Of a stretch of 64,000 bases of DNA, positions 37,164 to 47,662 are shown piece after piece (the first letter of the stretch is position 1; each line of letters starts with the position of its first letter). The stretch comes from Acidaminobacter sp. GTDB lineage: Bacteria; Bacillota; Clostridia; Peptostreptococcales; Acidaminobacteraceae. The translations under genes and the position numbers were made by a program. Below the pieces are notes generated by a model. That model ran no database searches. It saw nothing but the letters and a program-made list of their open reading frames with translations, and was not told the DNA's origin. The stretch is from the NCBI RefSeq assembly GCF_030247605.1, contig NZ_JAOTSB010000018.1, forward strand, positions 2,463 through 66,462, given 5' to 3'.

Positions 37164-37955
37164 TTAACTGCTGGCCTCGTGATTGACCTCATTTCGAACA
37201 TGGTGGGCAATATAGGCAATAAATTCGCCATTGGTGATCCTGCCCTCGCTGAGTGGCATATTCAAATTGAAGAAATTGGCGAACAGCTCTTTGGAGCCAC
37301 GCTGGAAAGTCAGCTCCACCGCGTTTCGGATCGAGCGCTCCACTCTCTGAGAGGTAGAATCGTGCCGCTTCGCAATGCCGGGATACAATGTCTTCGTAAT
37401 TTTCATAAGATGGCTCTCGTCCTCATAGACCATGGCCACCGCGTCGCGGAGATAGACAAAGCCTTTGATGTGAGGCGGCACCCCAAGCATTTGCAGAACC
37501 TCGGTGATGACGCGCTGCACTGCGAAATCATCTCCTGGCGAAGCCGCTGGTGTGACAGAGAGGTTCTTTGACTCTTCCTGGATGATTTGCTCCAGACGTT
37601 CAATGAGAAGGTCAAAATCAATAGGCTTGACCATGTAATATTTTGCACCAAGACCAATTGCCTGGCTGGTCAGTGAATCCTGACCTATGGCAGAAAGAAT
37701 GATGATTTTAGGGTGATAATCTTTGACCCCGGACTGGTTAAACCGCTCCAGAACCCCAAGGCCATCCAGCATAGGCATGATCATATCCAGAATGACAAGA
37801 TCAGGCCGCATGGAGAGCATCAGTTCGAGCGCTTTCTCACCATTATTGGCCTCACCAATAACCTCAAAAGTATCGCTGAATTCAATCCTGTCTTTCAGAA
37901 GTTCGATGAAATTTTGATTGTCGTCTACCAAGAGGACTTTAACTTTTTCTGTCAT
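37164..37955 (-). CDS. spo0A: Sporulation/stationary-phase master regulator Spo0A
   Basis: REC domain (LLVDDNQ...DLVILDMIMPMLDG) plus the Spo0A-specific C-terminus GVPPHIKGFVYLRDAV...LYPGIAKRHDSTSQRVERSIRNA. Confidence 0.93.
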   Translation of the reverse strand: MTEKVKVLLVDDNQNFIELLKDRIEFSDTFEVIGEANNGEKALELMLSMRPDLVILDMIMPMLDGLGVLERFNQSGVKDYHPKIIILSAIGQDSLTSQAIGLGAKYYMVKPIDFDLLIERLEQIIQEESKNLSVTPAASPGDDFAVQRVITEVLQMLGVPPHIKGFVYLRDAVAMVYEDESHLMKITKTLYPGIAKRHDSTSQRVERSIRNAVELTFQRGSKELFANFFNLNMPLSEGRITNGEFIAYIAHHVRNEVNHEASS

Positions 37956-37972
37956 ACGCGCCAGGACTCCTT

Positions 37973-39637
37973 TTAAGGTTCATTAAGCAAGGATCTTGCG
38001 TGTTCAAGTGCGGTCTCGTTGATTTCGCCGCCGCCAATCATGCGCGCGATCTCTTCCACGCGGCGATCGCCAGAGGCGCTCAGAACTTCTGTATAAGTAC
38101 GATCCTGATCGACTCTTTTTTCTATAACAAGATGACAGCTGCCCTTAGAGGCAATTTGAGGCAAATGGGTCACCAGAATCACCTGGTTGTCATCCGCGAT
38201 CTGAACCAGCTTTTCAGCCACACGGGACGCCGTTCTGCCGCTGATGCCGGAATCGATTTCGTCAAATATCTGAGTGCTGGCATAGCGGGCGCGGCGGTTG
38301 ATGAGCTTCACCGCCAGCATGATGCGGGACAACTCGCCGCCGGAAACAATTTTCCTGAGCTCCTTCATAGGCTCCCCCGGATTGGTGGAGATCAGCCACT
38401 GGATGTGAGCACTGCCCTCAAGCCTGACAGAAGTCCCTTCAACCACAGTGAGCGCCTGCTTAAGGCCTTCAAAGCCCAGACTGGAGAGTTCTTTATGGAG
38501 AACTGCGGCGAAACGGTTGGCAACCTCCTGACGGGCCTCTGAAAGTACTTTGTCCTGCCGATGGTAGGCTGCCAGCGCCTTGTCAAGTCGTCCGATGATC
38601 TCTTCTTTTTCTTCTGTATAGCTTGCCAGGGACTCAAGCTCTTTTTTCATAGACTTATAATGTGCCAGAATATCCGGAATCGTTCCGCCGTATTTACGTC
38701 TCAAATCGAAGATCAACGCCATTCGCGCTTCAATTTTCGCGATTTCGTGTTCATCTGGCTGATCTGAGGCATCAAAGCTGCCTACAAGGTCATGAATGGC
38801 ACTTTCCAAAGTCAGATACCCTTCCTCCAGCTGATCCGCCAAAGTGCCCCAGCGGTGCTGAAGCTGGGAAAGTTCAGAAAGCTGACGGCGCGTCTTTGAG
38901 ATCTGGCTTAAATAACCGTCTTCAGATAGAGCATCTGCCTCAATCTGGGAAACCAAGGCTGCAATGCGTTCAAAATGCTTAAGTGCGCTGTAAGTCTCTT
39001 CAAGGGTTTCTTCTTCGCCGTCTTTCAAAGCAGCGTCATCCAGTTCATCCAGCTGAAACTGGAGAAAATCCATGCGCCGGGCCACTTCAGCAGGATCCAT
39101 GGCAAACTTTTCAAGGCTTTCCTCGAGGGCAAACACCGCTTTGGCAGCGGAAGCCACCTCGTTCAAAGGTGTACTCAGCTCTTTGTGACCAAATTCATCA
39201 ATGAGTCCCAGATAGTTGGAAGGCGTGAGCAGCATCTGATGTTCGTGCTGGCCGGAAATATCCACCAGACCAGCCGCCAGCTCTCTGACTACAGCGGCGG
39301 GCACCATGCGCGCGCCAAGTCTGTAGACCGACTTTCCGGAATCAGTGATTTCTCTGGAAAGAAAGAGATCCCCTTCCTCAAGGCTGTAGCCCAGGGACTT
39401 GATTTGTTCAGCAAAGCCCTCAGAGCGCACCTCAAACACACCTTCCAGAAGGAGCTTGTCAGCTCCGGTTCTGAGAAAGTCACGTCCTCCTTTGCCGCCA
39501 AGCAAAAGTCCAATCGCTTCAAAAATCATGGATTTGCCGGAACCGGTTTCGCCCGTAATGACATTTAAGCCTTCGCCAAAGTTGACGGAGGCTTGTTCTA
39601 TGATCAAAAAATTTTCCAGATAGAGCTGTTTCAGCAT
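37973..39637 (-). CDS. recN: DNA repair protein RecN
   Basis: GETGSGKS Walker A, long coiled coil, SGGELSRIMLA signature. Confidence 0.95.
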   Translation of the reverse strand: MLKQLYLENFLIIEQASVNFGEGLNVITGETGSGKSMIFEAIGLLLGGKGGRDFLRTGADKLLLEGVFEVRSEGFAEQIKSLGYSLEEGDLFLSREITDSGKSVYRLGARMVPAAVVRELAAGLVDISGQHEHQMLLTPSNYLGLIDEFGHKELSTPLNEVASAAKAVFALEESLEKFAMDPAEVARRMDFLQFQLDELDDAALKDGEEETLEETYSALKHFERIAALVSQIEADALSEDGYLSQISKTRRQLSELSQLQHRWGTLADQLEEGYLTLESAIHDLVGSFDASDQPDEHEIAKIEARMALIFDLRRKYGGTIPDILAHYKSMKKELESLASYTEEKEEIIGRLDKALAAYHRQDKVLSEARQEVANRFAAVLHKELSSLGFEGLKQALTVVEGTSVRLEGSAHIQWLISTNPGEPMKELRKIVSGGELSRIMLAVKLINRRARYASTQIFDEIDSGISGRTASRVAEKLVQIADDNQVILVTHLPQIASKGSCHLVIEKRVDQDRTYTEVLSASGDRRVEEIARMIGGGEINETALEHARSLLNEP

Positions 39638-39647
39638 CTGAAAACCT

Positions 39648-40097
39648 CTACTTTGTCATATTTCTAAAAACTTCCAGGGCTTCGTCCATTTCAAAGCCAT
39701 CTCTGATGACGAGGAAAATAGTGTCATCCCCGGCTATGGTGCCGGCGACCTCTTTGAGATCCACAGCGTCAATGGCAGCGGCAGCTGCATTGGCGGCGCC
39801 TATCAGTGTTTTGATGATGATCATATTGCCGGCATGATCAATAGAGAGGACAGAATCCTTGAACAGCTTCATAAAACGATCTGTCACGACGCTCTCCTGC
39901 TGCTTGATAGTAGCGTACTTGTACTTGCCCTCGCGGGTGAGCACTTTGATCAGCCGCAGCTCCTTGATGTCCCTGGATACCGTAGCTTGAGTGACATTGA
40001 AGCCGGACTGTCTCAGACTGTTGGCGAGATCCTCCTGGGTTTCAATTTCGTTGTTTTCGATCAATTCCAGAATTTTAGCATGTCTTGAATATTTCAA
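39648..40097 (-). CDS. argR: Arginine repressor
   Basis: SRHAKILELIENNEIETQEDLA...VTQATVSRDIKEL and GTIAGDDTIF motifs. Confidence 0.93.
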   Translation of the reverse strand: MKYSRHAKILELIENNEIETQEDLANSLRQSGFNVTQATVSRDIKELRLIKVLTREGKYKYATIKQQESVVTDRFMKLFKDSVLSIDHAGNMIIIKTLIGAANAAAAAIDAVDLKEVAGTIAGDDTIFLVIRDGFEMDEALEVFRNMTK

Positions 40098-40364
40098 TTC
40101 AAGGCCCCCCTATCAGTGTGTCACACAAAAACCTCTGAAAACTCCGCTTTTTATGGAAAGCTTTTACAACCATAAGATGGCCTGCGTCACCGGTGACTTT
40201 TTCCGGTGATGCTGATCCGGACGGCCTTTGACAGCTCAGGTTTTCAGCGGTGTCGTTGGTCGTCGACATCTTCAGTGGTTTCAGGATGCAATTGGATATT
40301 CGCTATTAACGTATAATTTTCCTTCTTTTGCATAAAATATTTTTTAATTTTTTTGAAATTTTTT

Positions 40365-41180
40365 TTAGCCAAGAGACTGATGCGTTTCAGCCACTAGGTT
40401 TGAAACATAAATATCATCAACAATCAGACGGTCTACTCTTGCTTCGTCGCGGGTCGCATAGCATAAAAACTCAACATTTCCCTTAGGCCCTTTAATAGGC
40501 GAGTAGGTGAGTTTGACCGTATAAAGACCCGCTTTTTCAGCCTCGTGAATGACGCTCAGCAGCACCTGTTTGTGAATCTCAGGATCTCTCACTACCCCGT
40601 GCTTGCCCACGGATTCCCGTCCGGCTTCAAACTGGGGTTTAATCAGGTACACGGTTTCACCCTGGTCAGCCAACAACACTTTCATGACAGGAAAAATCAG
40701 TTTCAGTGAAATAAAAGCAACATCGACGGAGATGAAATCCACCGGGTTGCCCCCGATACTTTCCAGGGTCAGATGCCGGGCATTGGTTCGCTCCATATTC
40801 ACAACCCGTTCGTCACTGCGAAGTTTCCAGTCCAGCTGGCCATAACCGACGTCTACAGCATAAACCAATGACGCGCCGTTTTGCAGCATGCAGTCTGTAA
40901 ATCCGCCTGTGGAAGCGCCAATATCCATACAGCGCTTACCTGTCAGATCGAGGCCATAAGCTTCAACCGCTTTTTCAAGCTTTAGTCCGCCCCGGCTTAC
41001 ATACTTCAGTGCAGCGCCTTTCATTTCCACCACAGAGGTTTCTTTAATCAGCGTTCCTGCCTTGTCCACGACCTGGCCATCCACCAGGATGATCCCTGCC
41101 ATAATGGCGCCCTTAGCTTTTTCTCTGGACTCGAAAAACCCGTCTTCGACAAGTCGCACATCCAATCGCGCTTTACTCAT
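40365..41180 (-). CDS. tlyA: TlyA family rRNA (cytidine-2'-O)-methyltransferase
   Basis: S4 domain plus FtsJ-like DIGASTGGFTDC. Confidence 0.92.
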   Translation of the reverse strand: MSKARLDVRLVEDGFFESREKAKGAIMAGIILVDGQVVDKAGTLIKETSVVEMKGAALKYVSRGGLKLEKAVEAYGLDLTGKRCMDIGASTGGFTDCMLQNGASLVYAVDVGYGQLDWKLRSDERVVNMERTNARHLTLESIGGNPVDFISVDVAFISLKLIFPVMKVLLADQGETVYLIKPQFEAGRESVGKHGVVRDPEIHKQVLLSVIHEAEKAGLYTVKLTYSPIKGPKGNVEFLCYATRDEARVDRLIVDDIYVSNLVAETHQSLG

Positions 41181-43116
41181 AGTCCACCCCGTTCGCCTCC
41201 GCCGGATGCGATGAGATTTTTCCCGTAGTTCCCTGATCCGGCTCCTGAGTTATTCCCCGCTCTTTGATCAAAGCTTCGCCAATGCGCGCGGCGACCCTTT
41301 TGCCGGATAGCCCCAGCTGTTCATGCAGCTGAGGTATGGCGCCATGCCCCACGAAGGTATCGGGCACTGCAAAGTTGATGACTTTATAGTGTCCGGCGTC
41401 CAGCGCCAGTGTAATCCGTTCGCCGAATCCGCCGGTCAGGACGTTGTCTTCCAAAGTGAAAACCGCCCGCGCTTCTCCTATACATTGGGTTACAGCATCC
41501 ACAGATAAGGGCTTTAAGCGCCTAGGATTGATGAGTTTGCCGCGATAGCCCTGCGCGGTGAGGGTTTCAAAGGCCTCGAGGGCATTGGAGAAGACGTTGC
41601 CTACGGCGATCAGGGCAAAGTCGTCACCTTCGTACCGTTCGACGAATGGCTCGTCCACGCTGCCTTTGAAAGGCAGCAAAGTTGATGCGGCGCCCCTTGG
41701 ATAGCGGACAGTCACCGGGCCGGATTCGCGTTTCATGACAAAGGCCAGTGTCGCTTCCAGCTCATCCCCGTCCTTAGGGGAATAAATGGCCATATTTGGG
41801 AGGGGCTGCAGGAAGGACAGATCGAACATCCCGTGATGGGTTTCACCATCCTGGCCGACCAGACCAGCGCGGTCCACCGCTAAGGTTACGTTGGCGTTCT
41901 GGATGCACACATCGTGGAGAACCTGGTCATAAGCGCGCTGCAGGAAGGTGGAGTAGACCGCGAACACCGGTTTCATGCCGGCGGCAGCGAGTGACGCAGA
42001 CAGGGTTACGGCATGCTGTTCTGCAATGCCAACGTCAAAAAACCGTTTAGGATGCCGGGCTCTGAAGCTTTCGAGGCCGGTGCCGTCACACATGGCGGCT
42101 GTGAGGGCGACGATGCGCTGATCATCGGCCGCAAGGCGCGTCAATGTGTCCCCAAAGGTTTGCGATAAAGTTTTGACTGCAGGAAGCTCGGAGACCCCCT
42201 TGGAAAGTGAAAACTTTCCAACGCCATGGTATTTGTCCGGATCCAGCTCAGCAGGCAGAAAGCCCTTGCCCTTCTTAGTCAGGACGTGGATCAGGATGGG
42301 GCCGTCATGGGCTTCCTTGGCGCGATTCAGTGAAAGGGTCAGTGCCCTGAGGTCATGGCCGTCTACCGGTCCAATATAGGTGATGCCAAGATCTTCAAAC
42401 AACATACCAGGCACAAAGAAATATTTGACGGAGCCTTTTAGGCGCTTGAGGCCTCGGGCCATAGCTTCACCGACACCCGGGACTTTACCCAGGATGGATT
42501 CGGTCTCGCCTTTGAGCCAATAGTAGTTGTTGCTGGTACGAATTCGATCGAGATATTTTGACAGACCCCCGACGTTTTCGGAGATCGACATTTCGTTGTC
42601 ATTGAGAATAATGATGACCTTTTCGCGGTCGTGGCCAATGTGGTTCAAGGCTTCGAAGGCCATGCCGCCGGTGAGGGCGCCGTCACCGATTACCGCTATA
42701 ACGTTCTCTTTAGTGCCTTTCAGCGAGCGCGCCTTGGCAAAGCCGAGGGCTGCGGACAGCGAAGTGCTGCTGTGACCGGCTTCAAAGGCGTCGTGCTCGG
42801 ATTCTGAGCGCTTCAAAAAGCCGCTCATTCCGTCCAACTGACGCAGAGTTGGAAACTGGTCCCGTCGTCCGGTCAGCAGCTTGTGGACATAGCCTTGGTG
42901 GCCAACGTCAAAAATGATCTTGTCCTCCGGGGAGTTAAAGACCTTGTGCAGTGCTATGGTCAGCTCGACAATGCCCAGGTTGGAGGCCAGGTGGCCGCCG
43001 GTTTTCGACAGGGATTCGAGTAGAAATTGACGAATTTCTATAGCTAAAATTTTGAGTTCCGCCTCGGAGAGCTTTTTCAAGTCCGCCGGGGACTGGATGT
43101 GATCCAGGTGTCGCAT
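41173..43116 (-). CDS. dxs: 1-deoxy-D-xylulose-5-phosphate synthase
   Basis: GGHLASNLGIVELT, DVGHQGYVHK and GDGALTGGMAFEA motifs. Confidence 0.96.
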   Translation of the reverse strand: MRHLDHIQSPADLKKLSEAELKILAIEIRQFLLESLSKTGGHLASNLGIVELTIALHKVFNSPEDKIIFDVGHQGYVHKLLTGRRDQFPTLRQLDGMSGFLKRSESEHDAFEAGHSSTSLSAALGFAKARSLKGTKENVIAVIGDGALTGGMAFEALNHIGHDREKVIIILNDNEMSISENVGGLSKYLDRIRTSNNYYWLKGETESILGKVPGVGEAMARGLKRLKGSVKYFFVPGMLFEDLGITYIGPVDGHDLRALTLSLNRAKEAHDGPILIHVLTKKGKGFLPAELDPDKYHGVGKFSLSKGVSELPAVKTLSQTFGDTLTRLAADDQRIVALTAAMCDGTGLESFRARHPKRFFDVGIAEQHAVTLSASLAAAGMKPVFAVYSTFLQRAYDQVLHDVCIQNANVTLAVDRAGLVGQDGETHHGMFDLSFLQPLPNMAIYSPKDGDELEATLAFVMKRESGPVTVRYPRGAASTLLPFKGSVDEPFVERYEGDDFALIAVGNVFSNALEAFETLTAQGYRGKLINPRRLKPLSVDAVTQCIGEARAVFTLEDNVLTGGFGERITLALDAGHYKVINFAVPDTFVGHGAIPQLHEQLGLSGKRVAARIGEALIKERGITQEPDQGTTGKISSHPAEANGVDYE

Positions 43117-43189
43117 GGACTTCCGACCTTTCAGATAAGACAGAATTTGCCAGGACGAGAGGTCCTGGCTTGAGGTTGAATAGTTTTCA

Positions 43190-43633
43190 TCAAATCATCA
43201 CATTTGCCACGACAATGCCCAGTATGGCACCGGCAAAGACTTCGTAAGGCGTGTGTCCGATCAGTTCCTTCAGCTTGTCCTGGCTGAAGGGCTTATGCTG
43301 GTAAGCGTCTTCGATGATCTGGTTGAGTATAGCTGCCTGTATGCCCACCGAGCGCCTGACGCCGCTGGCATCATACATTACCACCAGGCTGGTGACCAGC
43401 GCTACAGCATATAATGGCGAATCCCAGCCCATATGAAGTCCCACCGCAGTGGAAAGTCCCATTACCAGTGAACTGTGGGAGCTTGGCATGCCCCCGGATC
43501 CGATCATCCGGTACAAGTTGAGTTTACGGTCGGTGATCAGCGTCAATATGACCTTCAGTGCCTGAGCTATGAACCAGCTGATAAATGCCACCTGGAACAT
43601 TCGGTTGTTGACGATGCCTGGAAAAAAGGACAT
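43190..43633 (-). CDS. Divergent PAP2 (acid phosphatase/vanadium haloperoxidase-related, DUF212) membrane protein
   Basis: GGMPSSHS motif. The ATG at 43633 follows a GAGGGG RBS. Confidence 0.85.
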   Translation of the reverse strand: MSFFPGIVNNRMFQVAFISWFIAQALKVILTLITDRKLNLYRMIGSGGMPSSHSSLVMGLSTAVGLHMGWDSPLYAVALVTSLVVMYDASGVRRSVGIQAAILNQIIEDAYQHKPFSQDKLKELIGHTPYEVFAGAILGIVVANVMI

Positions 43634-43732
43634 GGACTCACCCCTCTTTGTCACTTTTCAGTTGTCACGCTTTAGTTTACACTTTTCGTTAATTGTTCTC
43701 TTGGCGCTTCCCTGATGACTCAATAGTTCCCT

Positions 43733-44629
43733 TTATTTGTCCCTGTAACACAGATATTTGAACAGCGCCTCAAGGAACGCCGTATCGCCTTCGAATTCAT
43801 TCAGAATTGAAATGGCATGATCTACCCGCTCTTTGACAATTTTCTTTGAGACATCAGAACCAAGCAGCATAGGATAGGTGGTCTTGTCATTTCGCAGGTC
43901 GCTGCCCCGGGGCTTGCCCATTGCGGCTGAGGAGCTCTCAATATCGAGGATGTCATCCACGATTTGGAAGGCCATGCCAATATTAAGTCCTATGGTTTCC
44001 ACCTTGCCCAGGGCTTCTTTTCCGGCGCCGCCAATAATGGCGCCCGCCATCATGGCTGCCTTGATCAGATCCCCCGTCTTATGTAAATTAACGTAGTCCA
44101 GGGTTTCGACGCCAATAGCCTCACCCTCGCACATAATATCCGCTACCTGTCCCAGGATCATCCCCCGGCACCCGGATTTCTCCGCAATGATTTTTGCCGC
44201 GTGAACGTAGCGCTGCATTTTGGCCGGATCCTGTAGTGCCTTGCTGAGCATATTCTCGTAGGCGTAGTTCAGAAGCGCGTCCCCTGCCAGAATGGCCGTT
44301 GCTTCACCAAAGACAATGTGATTCGTCGGTTTGCCCCGGCGCAGGTCATCATTGTCCATTGCAGGGAGGTCGTCGTGAATCAGGGAATAAGTATGGATCA
44401 TCTCAATGGAAGCCGCGAAGTCCACAGCATCCTCCTCAGTGCCTCCAAAAAGCTTGCAGAACTCCATGAGGAGCAGCGGTCTAAGCCGCTTGCCGGAAGC
44501 CGTCAGGCTGTATCGCATGGCCTTGTTGATCTTCTCAATAAATTTATTGTCACTGCGGATGAAATAGCCGTTCAGGTAGGCGTCCATCTGCTCCGCCTTC
44601 AATTCAAACTGTTTCAAAAACTGAGTCAT
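43733..44629 (-). CDS. ispA: Polyprenyl (farnesyl/geranylgeranyl) diphosphate synthase
   Basis: LIHDDLPAMDNDDLRRG and FQIVDDILD aspartate-rich motifs. Confidence 0.93.
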   Translation of the reverse strand: MTQFLKQFELKAEQMDAYLNGYFIRSDNKFIEKINKAMRYSLTASGKRLRPLLLMEFCKLFGGTEEDAVDFAASIEMIHTYSLIHDDLPAMDNDDLRRGKPTNHIVFGEATAILAGDALLNYAYENMLSKALQDPAKMQRYVHAAKIIAEKSGCRGMILGQVADIMCEGEAIGVETLDYVNLHKTGDLIKAAMMAGAIIGGAGKEALGKVETIGLNIGMAFQIVDDILDIESSSAAMGKPRGSDLRNDKTTYPMLLGSDVSKKIVKERVDHAISILNEFEGDTAFLEALFKYLCYRDK

Positions 44630-44865
44630 TCCTCCACCTCCGAGGTTTGATCAAAGGGCTTCAGTTCCTCCCCGGTGAGAATCCTGACGCGGCGCTCGGC
44701 GTCTTCAATCATGCTGAGGCAGTCACGGTAAAGGGCGACACCCGACTCGAACTCCGCCAAAGCTTTGTCAAGAGGTTGGTCACCTTTTTCCAGTGTCGCG
44801 GTAATTTTTCTCAGAGTCTCAAGTTTTTCCTCTAGGGTTTGGTTGGCTTTCGCTGCTTTAGGCAT
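44626..44865 (-). CDS. xseB: Exodeoxyribonuclease VII small subunit
   Basis: 79 aa; LEEKLETLRKI...LDKALAEFESGVALYRDC. Confidence 0.9.
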   Translation of the reverse strand: MPKAAKANQTLEEKLETLRKITATLEKGDQPLDKALAEFESGVALYRDCLSMIEDAERRVRILTGEELKPFDQTSEVEE

Positions 44866-44870
44866 GGCTT

Positions 44871-46082
44871 CTAGAGAGCCTCCTTTGTAATGGCTTCGAC
44901 GGTGACGTCCAGGACGCCGTCTCTGAGTTTGGCCTTCAGTTTCTGGCCGGGTTTAGCTTTGGAAACCTCATCCACAGCATGTCCGGACGCATCCGTCAAG
45001 ACTGCGTAGCCCCTTCCCAGGACACCCAGCGGCGACAGCGCGTTCAGCGCTGCCCCAAGCTCTGACAGAGCGGTTTTTTCGCGCCTGAGGCGGTTCTGAA
45101 GGCTCTGATCCAGGTGATCCCGTTCGTAGTCCAGGGTCATGCGTTTCTGATTCAGGCCGTCCTGCAGCCGCTTCAACTCGGACTGGGGCGAGTGACGCTC
45201 AATTTCATGCCGCAGTGTCATGAGCCTTGCGGCAATTTTGGCGTGCATGCGGTTTAAGCTGCCTGCGAGTTCGCTGACCAGCATTTTGTCGCTGGGGAAT
45301 AAAAGCTCAGCCCCTGCCGATGGTGTCGGCACCCGCTGATCGCTCACAAAATCCGATATGGTAAAGTCCGTCTCATGCCCTACGGCCGAGACAACTGGAA
45401 TTTCAGAATCATGGATGGCTTCCGCCACGACGCGCTCATTGAAGGCCCAGAGCTCTTCAATGGAACCGCCGCCTCGGCCGATCAGAAGAACATCGGCCAA
45501 CTTCTTTTCGTTGGCATAGCGGATAGCTTTGGCAATGGACGCAGCAGCGCCTTCACCTTGAACCGCTGCCGGCAGAAGGATGACCTCTGGGAGGCGGGAA
45601 CGCCTGAAGCCCACGTTGAGAATGTCCTGGATGGCGGCGCCGGTAGGTGATGTGACCACGGCAATGCGCTCCGGAAGCTCGGGAATGGGCTTTTTGTGTT
45701 TTGGGTCAAAATAGCCAAGGGCTGCCAGTTCTGTCTTCAAGGCTTCGAAGCGCTGATAGAGGTCGCCTACGCCCAGGCGCTCGACGCTTCTGACATAGAG
45801 CTGGTAGCGGCCGTCGCGTTCGTATATGGAAATGTTGCCGGTGCAGGATGCCATCATGCCGTCTGAGAGGTCAATCTGGCTGAGAATCGTATCTGAGCGG
45901 AACATTACGCAGCTGAGGCGGGCCTCGCCGTCCTTCAGCGTAAAGTAAAGGTGTCCGCTGGAATGTTTTTTGAAGTTGGAGATTTCCCCTTCCACCGTCA
46001 GGTGGTGCAGGATGGGATCACGGTTCATGAGCTGCTTGATGTAATTGTTGACTTCAGCGACCTTAAGGGGTCTGAGCTTCAT
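44871..46082 (-). CDS. xseA: Exodeoxyribonuclease VII large subunit
   Basis: OB-fold N-terminus (GEISNFKKHSSGHLYFTLKD) and catalytic GRGGGS. Confidence 0.95.
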   Translation of the reverse strand: MKLRPLKVAEVNNYIKQLMNRDPILHHLTVEGEISNFKKHSSGHLYFTLKDGEARLSCVMFRSDTILSQIDLSDGMMASCTGNISIYERDGRYQLYVRSVERLGVGDLYQRFEALKTELAALGYFDPKHKKPIPELPERIAVVTSPTGAAIQDILNVGFRRSRLPEVILLPAAVQGEGAAASIAKAIRYANEKKLADVLLIGRGGGSIEELWAFNERVVAEAIHDSEIPVVSAVGHETDFTISDFVSDQRVPTPSAGAELLFPSDKMLVSELAGSLNRMHAKIAARLMTLRHEIERHSPQSELKRLQDGLNQKRMTLDYERDHLDQSLQNRLRREKTALSELGAALNALSPLGVLGRGYAVLTDASGHAVDEVSKAKPGQKLKAKLRDGVLDVTVEAITKEAL

Positions 46083-46230
46083 AGGGGAATGGCCACCTCC
46101 GTCTGAATGTGGATCAGGAAATCATGGGAACTAGCGAGATATCGTGGAAACTCGTGAAAAGTCAGGCTTGCGTAATAAGCAGGTTTTCTGCCGGGGTTTA
46201 AGCTGGCGCTTGATAGTCTGGTCCATTTGG

Positions 46231-47253
46231 CTATTCAACAGCAGTCTGGCCGCTGTTCCGGCTCCCCTGCTGATAGCATGCCTTCGCGATCAGCGCGACG
46301 CCAACGGCATTGTCGCTGGAATCCGCCACGCTGGCGTAACGAGCGGTTAAAGGCTGCGGCAGTGCGTTAAAGCCCTGCTCAAGCGCAGCTCTGAGTCTCA
46401 GGTTAGAGGCAACGCCGCCTATGATCAGGATATCTTTTATGGCAGTCAGTTCTGGATCCGGATCGCTTTCAAGGGTCTTAACGGCCTCGAGGAGTGTTCT
46501 GGCCATACAGTCTATCAGGCCTGCCGCCACATCTGCGGGCTGTTTTCCTGCTTCGATCAGACTGTAAGCCTTGTTTTCAAGGCCGGAGAGATTGAACCAG
46601 GCAGCGGACTTAACTTTGGGAAAGGTGCAGGGCTTGAGCGTTTTCTTGTCTTCAGCATCCAGAATCAAGGCTTCCAGTGGTTTGCCAGCGGGAAAAGACA
46701 GGCCGAGGTGAACGCCGATCCGGTCGATCAACTGTCCAAAGCTGAGGTCTTTAGTGCCCCCAATGAGCACTGCCTGAAATCCCGTGCCCAGAAAGCGGCA
46801 GCTTAAGATTTCCGTGGTCCCTCCGGACAGATGGACAGCGAGAAACGGCCGTTCCAGAAGCGTCGGGTGCGTTTGGCAGCCTGCCATAATATGACCGTCC
46901 TGATGGGTCGTCTTATAGAGCGGAACGCCCAGGGCGACAGATAAGTTTTCTGCCAGACGGACGCCAGCTTGAAAGACTGGCATATAACTGCCCTCTACGT
47001 CTCTTGGAGCGGCGCTGACGGCTATGGCAGACAGCTTTGGATGGCCGGCCTCAGTCAGTGCGTGTTCAAGTCGCTCAGGGAAGTGATTGACATGCTGAAA
47101 AAAAGCCTCGGATTGCCTCAGCCCACGTTCGCCGTCTTTGACGTCCAGCAGTCTGCGCGCGTCAGAAAGGCAAACCCCTGTCTCGTCCACGACTGCGACA
47201 GAGGTTGTATAAGCACTGGTATCGATGCCCAGGAAGAATTGTTTAGTGCTCAT
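46231..47253 (-). CDS. Peptidase M22 / Kae1-TsaD-like (O-sialoglycoprotein endopeptidase family) protein
   Basis: FLGIDTSAYTTSVAVVD ASKHA-fold N-terminus and HLSGGTTE. Confidence 0.75.
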   Translation of the reverse strand: MSTKQFFLGIDTSAYTTSVAVVDETGVCLSDARRLLDVKDGERGLRQSEAFFQHVNHFPERLEHALTEAGHPKLSAIAVSAAPRDVEGSYMPVFQAGVRLAENLSVALGVPLYKTTHQDGHIMAGCQTHPTLLERPFLAVHLSGGTTEILSCRFLGTGFQAVLIGGTKDLSFGQLIDRIGVHLGLSFPAGKPLEALILDAEDKKTLKPCTFPKVKSAAWFNLSGLENKAYSLIEAGKQPADVAAGLIDCMARTLLEAVKTLESDPDPELTAIKDILIIGGVASNLRLRAALEQGFNALPQPLTARYASVADSSDNAVGVALIAKACYQQGSRNSGQTAVE

Positions 47254-47662
47254 GAGGTGTCACTTCTTCGTGACGGACCATTTCTCCCAGGACCCCGTTG
47301 ACAAAACCCGGCGTCTCGTCGTCAGAAAAGCGCTTGGCGAGATTGACGGCCTCGTTGATGGCGACTGCCGTGCTGACTTCCTCAATAAATAAGATCTCGG
47401 TGGTGGCGAGTCTCAGAATAGAGACGTCGAGCTTCGCGAGGCGGTCAAATGTCCAGCCCTTGAGGTATTTGCCTATGGCGATGTCGATGGTTTCACGATT
47501 ATCGGCAAAAGCATTGACGACACTGTGGACATATCTGAGGTCGTCAGACTCCGTCATGTTGTCGCTGATATAGTTTTCAAAAGATTTTGACGCGAAATCC
47601 TCATGAATGGCCATTTGATACAGGACGTTCATGGCGATTTCACGCGCGAGTTTTCTGCTCAT
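47243..47662 (-). CDS. nusB: Transcription antitermination factor NusB
   Basis: RKLAREIAMNVLYQ start and EAVNLAKRF segment. Confidence 0.93.
   Translation of the reverse strand: MSRKLAREIAMNVLYQMAIHEDFASKSFENYISDNMTESDDLRYVHSVVNAFADNRETIDIAIGKYLKGWTFDRLAKLDVSILRLATTEILFIEEVSTAVAINEAVNLAKRFSDDETPGFVNGVLGEMVRHEEVTPHEH

Noticed and set aside
40331-40350. An ARG-box-like AT-rich sequence (TGCATAAAATATTT) upstream of argR.
   Set aside because: It lies more than 230 nt from the argR start, adjacent to the tlyA stop, and matches the ARG-box consensus only loosely. That is insufficient to call.
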